Source: an uncultured Chloroflexia bacterium
Lineage (GTDB): Bacteria > Chloroflexota > Limnocylindria > Limnocylindrales > CSP1-4
Assembly (NCBI GenBank): GCA_963712745.1
Contig: CAVQJC010000003.1
Coordinates: forward strand, 1-12,688
Direction of reading: 5' to 3'
DNA: 12,688 bases
Shown: positions 7,718 through 12,688 of the stretch, one piece after another
How positions within the stretch are numbered: position 1 is the stretch's first letter
How the letters are laid out: the number at the start of each line of letters is the position of its first letter
Made by a program: the position numbers and the translations under genes
Notes under the pieces: model-generated
Told to the model about the DNA's origin: nothing
The model's database searches: none
What the model saw: only the letters and a program-made list of their open reading frames with translations

Positions 7718-9202
7718 ATGAAGGAAGCACGGCCCCGGCACCCGTTCGCGACGATCCCGGTGCTGGTCGTCGCGGTCGCCGTCACGCTGGGCCTGCTGCT
7801 GCTGGCCCAGTGGCATGGCTTCCATCGGGACGAGCTCTACTTCATCGTGGCCGGCCGCAACCCGGCCTTGGGCTATCCCGACCAGCCGCCGCTGACACCG
7901 CTGCTGTCGGCGGCGGCCACGGCCCTGCTGGGCGTCGAGCCGTACGTCGTGCGCATCCTGCCGGCCATCCTGGTCGGGGTCTCCATCGTGCTCGTGGCGT
8001 CGATGGCCCGGGTCATGGGTGGCGACACCCGGGCCCAGTTCATCGCAGCCGTCACCATCGGACTCTCGGGACTGCTGGCGGCCGGACATCTCGGCTCGAC
8101 CGCCACCTACGAGCTGTTCCTCTGGACCGTCGTGATGTGGCTCGTGGTGCGCCTGCTCGATGGTGCCGACGCCCGGCTCTGGCTGGCGGTGGGGGCCGTC
8201 TCGGGACTGGCCCTCCAGAACAAGCAGACGGCGCTCGTGCTCGGTGCCGGGCTGGTGGGCGGCCTGCTGTTGGCCCGGCGCCGGGACGTGCTCAGCTCGC
8301 CCTGGCCCTGGATCGGCGGGCTGCTGGCGGCGATCATCTGGGCGCCCAACCTCGCCTGGCAGGCGGCCAATGGCTTCCCCCAGCTCGAGATGGCCGGCAG
8401 CATCGGCAGGGAGGCGACTGAGAACCGGGTCATGCTGGTGCCCGAGCTGCTGCTGTTGGCTGGTCCCCTCCTCTTCCCGGTCCTGCTGGCCGGCATCTGG
8501 CGCCTCGTGCGCGCACCCGAGGCCGAGCCATGGCGCGCGATCCCCTTCGGCTTCGCCGTGGTGGTCATCCTGGTCCTGCTGAGCGGCGGCAAGAGCTACT
8601 ACGCGACGGGGATGTTCGGGCCACTCATGGCGGCGGGCGCGATCGCGGTCGCCGCATGGATCGCACGGGGGCACGGGCGGACCCGAGGAGCGGTGGTCGC
8701 GGGAGCGGCGATGCTGTCCGGGGTGCTCGTCGCGGTGCTGACGCTGCCGGTGCTGCCGCCTCCGACCCTGGCCCAGACGCCCATCTCCGAGATCTACCCC
8801 GAGTCGGCCGAGCAGGTGGGCTGGCCAGAGCTGGTCGATACCGTCCGCAGCGCCGCCGACACGCTGTCGCCAGAGGAACGCGCGGAGGCGATCGTGTTGA
8901 CCGCCAACTACGGGGAGGCGAGCGCCATCGAGCTCCTGGGGGAGGACCTGCCGGCGGTCTACTCGGGCCACAACGCGTACGGCTTCTGGGGACCTCCGCC
9001 TGAAGAGGCCCGCACGACCATCCTGGTGGGACATTGGAATCCCGAGTCCATCCGCTCGGCGGTCGGACAATGCGAGCTGGCGGGGCGCGTCGACAACGGC
9101 ATCGACCTGGACAACCAGGAACAGGGCGCCGGCGTGTGGGTCTGCCGCGACCGACCCGGAACGTGGGAGCAGTCGTGGCCCGGGCTGAGGCACCTGGACT
9201 AG
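7718..9202 (+). CDS. GT-C fold membrane glycosyltransferase (ArnT/PMT-like, often annotated family 39), 494 aa
   Basis: 'GFHRDELYF...GYPDQPPLTP' first-loop DE motif, many TM helices, 'GLALQNK', 'WAPNLAWQAANGFPQ', 'GGKSYY', C-terminal soluble domain 'NYGEASAI...YSGHNAYGFWGPP'. TATTCT (-10-like) at 7703-7708. Confidence 0.92.
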   Translation: MKEARPRHPFATIPVLVVAVAVTLGLLLLAQWHGFHRDELYFIVAGRNPALGYPDQPPLTPLLSAAATALLGVEPYVVRILPAILVGVSIVLVASMARVMGGDTRAQFIAAVTIGLSGLLAAGHLGSTATYELFLWTVVMWLVVRLLDGADARLWLAVGAVSGLALQNKQTALVLGAGLVGGLLLARRRDVLSSPWPWIGGLLAAIIWAPNLAWQAANGFPQLEMAGSIGREATENRVMLVPELLLLAGPLLFPVLLAGIWRLVRAPEAEPWRAIPFGFAVVVILVLLSGGKSYYATGMFGPLMAAGAIAVAAWIARGHGRTRGAVVAGAAMLSGVLVAVLTLPVLPPPTLAQTPISEIYPESAEQVGWPELVDTVRSAADTLSPEERAEAIVLTANYGEASAIELLGEDLPAVYSGHNAYGFWGPPPEEARTTILVGHWNPESIRSAVGQCELAGRVDNGIDLDNQEQGAGVWVCRDRPGTWEQSWPGLRHLD

Positions 9203-9482
9203 GTCGAGCGGGGCGCCGTCCAGGGGCTCATCCGTCTCGGCTGCCAGCTCCCGTGGCTGCGGCCCGGGAGCCCTCACCAGGCCGGCTATGCCCAAGGCGC
9301 ATCAGTGGACAGACGCGAGGGACGGTCCAGTCGGGGGTGACTCAGATGGCCACCCTGAAGCCCATCGATGCCGCCCCTGACTCGGCCGACTGCCAGACGT
9401 AACGAATCGCAAGCGGTCGCACCCGAACGCGACCAAGCCCTGGGTACTCCCCGGTCGACTCATGCGTGGGCGGCATAGACCC

Positions 9483-9533
9483 GGCCGCGGCGTGCCGCCA
9501 CTGGGCCCCGGCGTGCCGCTACTGGGCCGCGGC
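9483..9533. repeat. 21-bp tandem repeat, ~2.4 copies
   Basis: ggccgcggcgtgccgccactg (9483-9503), ggccccggcgtgccgctactg (9504-9524), ggccgcggc (9525-9533); the two full units match at 19/21. Confidence 0.8.
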
Positions 9534-9626
9534 TCTGGCCCAAGAAACCGGGAAGGGTTGGCGTTTCTGGCGGACCTTAGGGTGTGAGAGCACGAAGAGG
9601 TGCTTCGCGCCGAATCGGTGGCGTCC

Positions 9627-9806
9627 ATGCAACGAGACCTCGTCCTGCGGGCCAAAGCCGGCGACCTAGATGCCTTCGCACAGCTGGTGAAGGCATCGGC
9701 GCCGAGGCTCACGGGCGTCGCCAATCTCATCCTCCGCGATGCGCATCGTGCCGAGGATGCCCTGCAGGACGCGCTCCTTCTCGCGTGGCGAGACCTGCGC
9801 GGATGA
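9627..9806 (+). pseudogene. ECF sigma factor N-terminal fragment (regions 1.2-2.2 only), 59 aa
   Basis: MQRDLVLRAKAGDLDAFAQLVKASAPRLTGVANLILRDAHRAEDALQDALLLAWRDLRG* is a typical ECF start ('GDxxAF', 'AEDAxQDA...AW') but stops before regions 2.3/2.4 and 4. Confidence 0.85.
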
Positions 9807-10513
9807 TCGTCAGAGAGTGGGACACGGGGTACACGGAAGAGTGGCCCTTTGGCATCCACCTGGACCACATCACTGCCGAGGTGGGCAACCTGTCGGTCCA
9901 AGATCGCTCACTGGGCCTGGGCCTGATTGCCGGCGGTGGCGCGCCACTCATCCACGACATCCCGGTGACCACGTCGGTGCCTGGCAACGGCGGCGGCGTG
10001 GGATTCTGGGACGCATCGGCAGCGATCATCCGCGGTTCTGAGCTCCGCGACCTCTGGGTCGATGACCTCAGCCCCGCCACGATCACCGGAAACGTCATCT
10101 ACACGATCGGCGTCAACGAGAACAACACGGAGTCGACCGGCGGTGAGGCCGTCATCCGCGACAACACGCTGGGCTACGTCTCCCTTGGCGGGCCGGTGAC
10201 CGTAGAGGGCAACCAGTTCCCCGAGTCCATGGCCTCCGAGGATGAGCAGATCGGCATCGGGGTGACACGGGGTGGCGGCTGGATCATCCGCGACAACGTC
10301 ATCAATGGGCGTCAGACCGGCATCCAGGCACTGCCCGACGGCCGCATCGAGGGCAACGTCATCGAGGGCAACGGCGTCGGTCTCTCCCTCGTCGGAGACC
10401 CGCCTGTGATGAGCGGCAACCGCATCTGCGACAACACGTTCCGCAACGTGAGCTCGGTCGGCTCGGACATCGAAGTCGACCTCACAACCAACGAGATCTG
10501 CCCGGACGAGTAG
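9803..10513 (+). CDS. Right-handed parallel beta-helix (NosD/pectin-lyase-like) repeat protein, 236 aa, possibly 5'-truncated
   Basis: Repeats 'ATITGNVI', 'AVIRDNTL', 'VTVEGNQF', 'WIIRDNVINGRQTGI', 'RIEGNVIEGNGVGL', 'VMSGNRICDN'; the ATG overlaps the sigma-fragment stop (ATGA); no signal peptide seen. Confidence 0.8.
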   Translation: MIVREWDTGYTEEWPFGIHLDHITAEVGNLSVQDRSLGLGLIAGGGAPLIHDIPVTTSVPGNGGGVGFWDASAAIIRGSELRDLWVDDLSPATITGNVIYTIGVNENNTESTGGEAVIRDNTLGYVSLGGPVTVEGNQFPESMASEDEQIGIGVTRGGGWIIRDNVINGRQTGIQALPDGRIEGNVIEGNGVGLSLVGDPPVMSGNRICDNTFRNVSSVGSDIEVDLTTNEICPDE

Positions 10514-10619
10514 GCCGACGTCGGGATCGCGGGGCCACGCACAGCCCCGACTGACACCCCGTTCGGCGGCGACGTACCCTGCTGGTGTCAGCGACGACGC
10601 CAGCAGGGGGCTCTCGTCC

Positions 10620-11053
10620 GTGGATGACATCCTGGAGATCACGTTCTTCATCGGACTCATCGGCCACGGGCTGGCGCACGCAGTCGCCACCATCAACCTC
10701 GTGCGTGAGATCGGCGGCAACGTCCGCGACGGAGTCCTGCCGACCCGACTCGTGGCTGCTGCCGAACCTGTCGAACGCCGGATGCCGCGACCCTGGCCAT
10801 GGCCTTCTGGCTGCCGGCTTCGGTCGGCTTCCTCGTCGCCGCAGTCTCGATGCAGGGGATCGTGCTCGGCACCTGGCCCTGGTCGGCCATCATGGTCGCG
10901 GCGGCACTCATCTCCAGCGCCGGCGTCGTGCTCTTCTCCGCTCGCTGGCCCGGGGGCGAGCCGCGCCTCCGCCCGCTGCACATCTTCCTGGCCCTGGGCA
11001 TGAACGCCATCATCCTCGTGACGCAGCTGCTGGGCTGGCCCGCCTCGAGCTGA
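10620..11053 (+). pseudogene. Small integral membrane protein with two apparent +1 frameshifts
   Basis: Three consecutive frames join: MDDILEITFFIGLIGHGLAHAVATINLVREIGGNVRDGVLPTR / SWLLPNLSNAG / AATLAMAFWLPASVGFLVAAVSMQGIVLGTWPWSAIMVAAALISSAGVVLFSARWPGG...LGWPASS; shifts near 10749 and 10783. Confidence 0.65.
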
Positions 11054-11057
11054 CCGG

Positions 11058-11193
11058 GCCGTTCCGGCCAGCCGGCGAAGGCCGCGTTCCCGCGCCTCAA
11101 GGCGTCGCCTATCTCGTCCTTCGCGACGCGGACCGTGCAGAGGATGCTGTCCAGGAGGCCTTCGTGGCTGCCTGGCAGGATCTGCGCGCACTG
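11058..11193 (+). pseudogene. Second ECF sigma factor region-2 fragment
   Basis: 'KAAFPRL / GVAYLVLRDADRAEDAVQEAFVAAWQDLRAL' with a 1-nt frameshift near 11100; 20/30 aa identical to the fragment at 9714-9803; no start codon. Confidence 0.8.
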
Positions 11194-11194
11194 C

Positions 11195-11413
11195 CGGTCG
11201 CGTCAGGGTGATGAGGCACAGCGGTAGGTCGTGACTCCAGCTGACCACGTGGTCGGTCAAGGCCAGCAGACCCGGGTCGGCCCACTGCAGGTCCTCGAAG
11301 ACCATGAGCGTGGCGCCCTGCCGGGCGATGCACCCGAAGAAGATGCGCCAGGCCCGGAACAGCTGCTCGGTCGTAACGGCGGCGTGCTCGATCCCCAGCA
11401 GGGTCAGCAGCGC
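11195..11413 (-). pseudogene. Internal fragment of an AAA/STAND ATPase of the kind fused to adenylate/guanylate cyclase or LuxR domains
   Basis: 'ALLTLLGIE...EQLFRAWRIFFGCIARQGATLMVFEDLQWADPGLLALTDHVVSWSHDLPLCLITLTRP' contains the Walker B signature hhhhEDLQWAD; Walker A and the C-terminus are absent. Confidence 0.8.
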
Positions 11414-11513
11414 CGACCACCTGGTAGGCGACCGCGACATCGCCGCTGCGCGGGTAGCGCACGTCGGGTAGGCGCCTCGGCTCTGGTTCGTCGGCCCATG
11501 ACGTCGTTGGCAC
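11412..11513 (-). pseudogene. 5' end (34 codons) of a LipJ-like alpha/beta-hydrolase-cyclase/regulator gene
   Basis: SD-like GGTGGAG, GTG at 11513, then 'PDVRYPRSGDVAVAYQVVG', matching the family start P-x-T-R-Y-A-x-S-G-D-V-x-I-A-Y-Q-V-x-G; similarity stops abruptly. Confidence 0.7.
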
Positions 11514-11693
11514 AGCTACTCCACCTGTGTTTCGCGTCGGCCGCGGCTGGCACCGAGGCCCGGCCGACGATAGCCGCGCGGGTGTCCACAGGCAATGGTT
11601 GGCGCCCCCGGCGCGATCCGCCCAGTCAGCGGCTGTCTCGAGAGGCGCGGGTTTCAGAGAGCTGGCGATCGATGCATCCGCCGGCGACCACGT

Positions 11694-12569
11694 TCACACA
11701 GACGTCGGCTGGGTGATCCTGACCAGCTCGTCCCACAACCTCCGGCCGCTTGCCTCGTCGCTCATGGCCTTGTCTGGCTTCGTGACTCGCTTGCCGAGCT
11801 TGAACAGGGCGCCATTGATCGCGTGACGATCGGACCTCATCATCAGGTCCGCGATCGGTTCTCCGGCGACGTGAGGTGGCTTGGCGATGAGTGCCGTCAG
11901 GACGCGCCAGTAGAAGCCCGTGAACCCGCTTGGCCACCGGTCTTTCAAGGACGGGTCGCTCTTGTCGATGATGAACGACGGGTCGAACGCGACGGAGGAG
12001 ACCGTTCCTGCGTACCGTCGTGCCAGCTCCGCCACCATCATCCGATCCATCGTCTTGGTCCGGTGGTAGGCGGGTTCGGTCTCGTGGTGCCGGATGCTCT
12101 CGAGGTCATCCCAGTCGATGTCCTCGTAGAACGGCGCGATCACATGCAGGACCATCGCCTTTGACTGCTGCAGGCGCTCCAGGAGCAGCTGCGTGAACAG
12201 GAACGGGCCCAGGACGTTCGTGGCGAACATCAGCTCGTGGCCGTTGGGCAGGATCTGCGGGCCGTCCTGGGCCAGAAGGCCGACCGACAGGACGAGCCCG
12301 TCGATCGCCGGATATCGATCGAGCGCGTCTGCGGCCGCCGAGCGCACGGAGTCCAGGTCGCAGAAGTCGATGGCCAGGGTCTCGATGGCCGAGTCGTGGA
12401 TCCCCTCTTCGGAGAGCGCCTCGCGGATCGCGGTCGCCCTGGCCGCCGACCTGTCGGGCTTGCGACCGAGGACCACGACCCGCGCGCCGCGCTTCGCCAG
12501 TGCGACGGCTGCTCCGCCTCCGATGCTCCCGGTCGCGCCAGCGACAAGCACTGTCATTCGATCTGCCAC
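11694..12569 (-). CDS. SDR family NAD(P)-dependent oxidoreductase (retinol dehydrogenase/WWOX-like), ~291 aa
   Basis: SD GAGGAGGGG before GTG 12569 (alternative ATG 12557); 'VLVAGATGSIG', 'NGHELMFATNVLGPFLFTQLLLERL', catalytic 'YHRTK', C-terminal 'DEASGRRLWDE'. Confidence 0.92.
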   Translation of the reverse strand: MADRMTVLVAGATGSIGGGAAVALAKRGARVVVLGRKPDRSAARATAIREALSEEGIHDSAIETLAIDFCDLDSVRSAAADALDRYPAIDGLVLSVGLLAQDGPQILPNGHELMFATNVLGPFLFTQLLLERLQQSKAMVLHVIAPFYEDIDWDDLESIRHHETEPAYHRTKTMDRMMVAELARRYAGTVSSVAFDPSFIIDKSDPSLKDRWPSGFTGFYWRVLTALIAKPPHVAGEPIADLMMRSDRHAINGALFKLGKRVTKPDKAMSDEASGRRLWDELVRITQPTSV

Positions 12570-12688
12570 TGCCTCACCCCTCCTCTGGTGCATCGATACC
12601 TCGGTCGGTCGGCGTGCGAACAGGCCTCGATCGGCTCAGCCTGGTTGACCCAACAGACTCAAGAACGTGCTAGCGAGCCGCTCACGAT

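Noticed and set aside
9203-9480. Short ORFs or an ncRNA between the glycosyltransferase and the sigma fragment
   Set aside because: Several 30-55 codon frames exist on both strands, but none has a recognisable motif or SD, and I saw no convincing structure; left unexplained.
9483-9533. CRISPR array
   Set aside because: The units are directly adjacent with no spacers, there are only ~2.4 copies and no cas genes.
9908-11440. 510-aa minus-strand ORF as a full gene
   Set aside because: Only its first ~80 aa are ATPase-like; the rest is antisense to the beta-helix, membrane and sigma sequences.

Overview
High-GC bacterial window. The F420-dependent enzyme, ECF sigma style and cyclase/ATPase fragments suggest Chloroflexota or Actinomycetota (inference only). 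Intact genes: an ICMT/PEMT-family membrane methyltransferase, tRNA-Arg(TCT), a 61-aa winged-HTH-like protein, a Ddn-family F420-dependent oxidoreductase, a four-gene sugar cluster (phosphomannose-isomerase-like cupin with an atypical HxH metal site, then sugar ABC binding protein, permease and single-domain ATPase), a GT-C (ArnT/PMT-like) glycosyltransferase, a beta-helix protein and an SDR. The window also holds much broken DNA that the ORF track hides: a multiply frameshifted transposase-like remnant next to the tRNA 3' end, a 5'-truncated SDR, two different ECF sigma fragments cut at nearly the same residue, a doubly frameshifted membrane protein, and abutting fragments of an AAA/STAND ATPase and a LipJ-like hydrolase/cyclase. 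The best candidates for new biology are the cupin isomerase plus ABC sugar pathway with a structured leader and the mini-sigma coupled to the beta-helix gene. Gene decay or assembly error is a serious alternative for the broken features.
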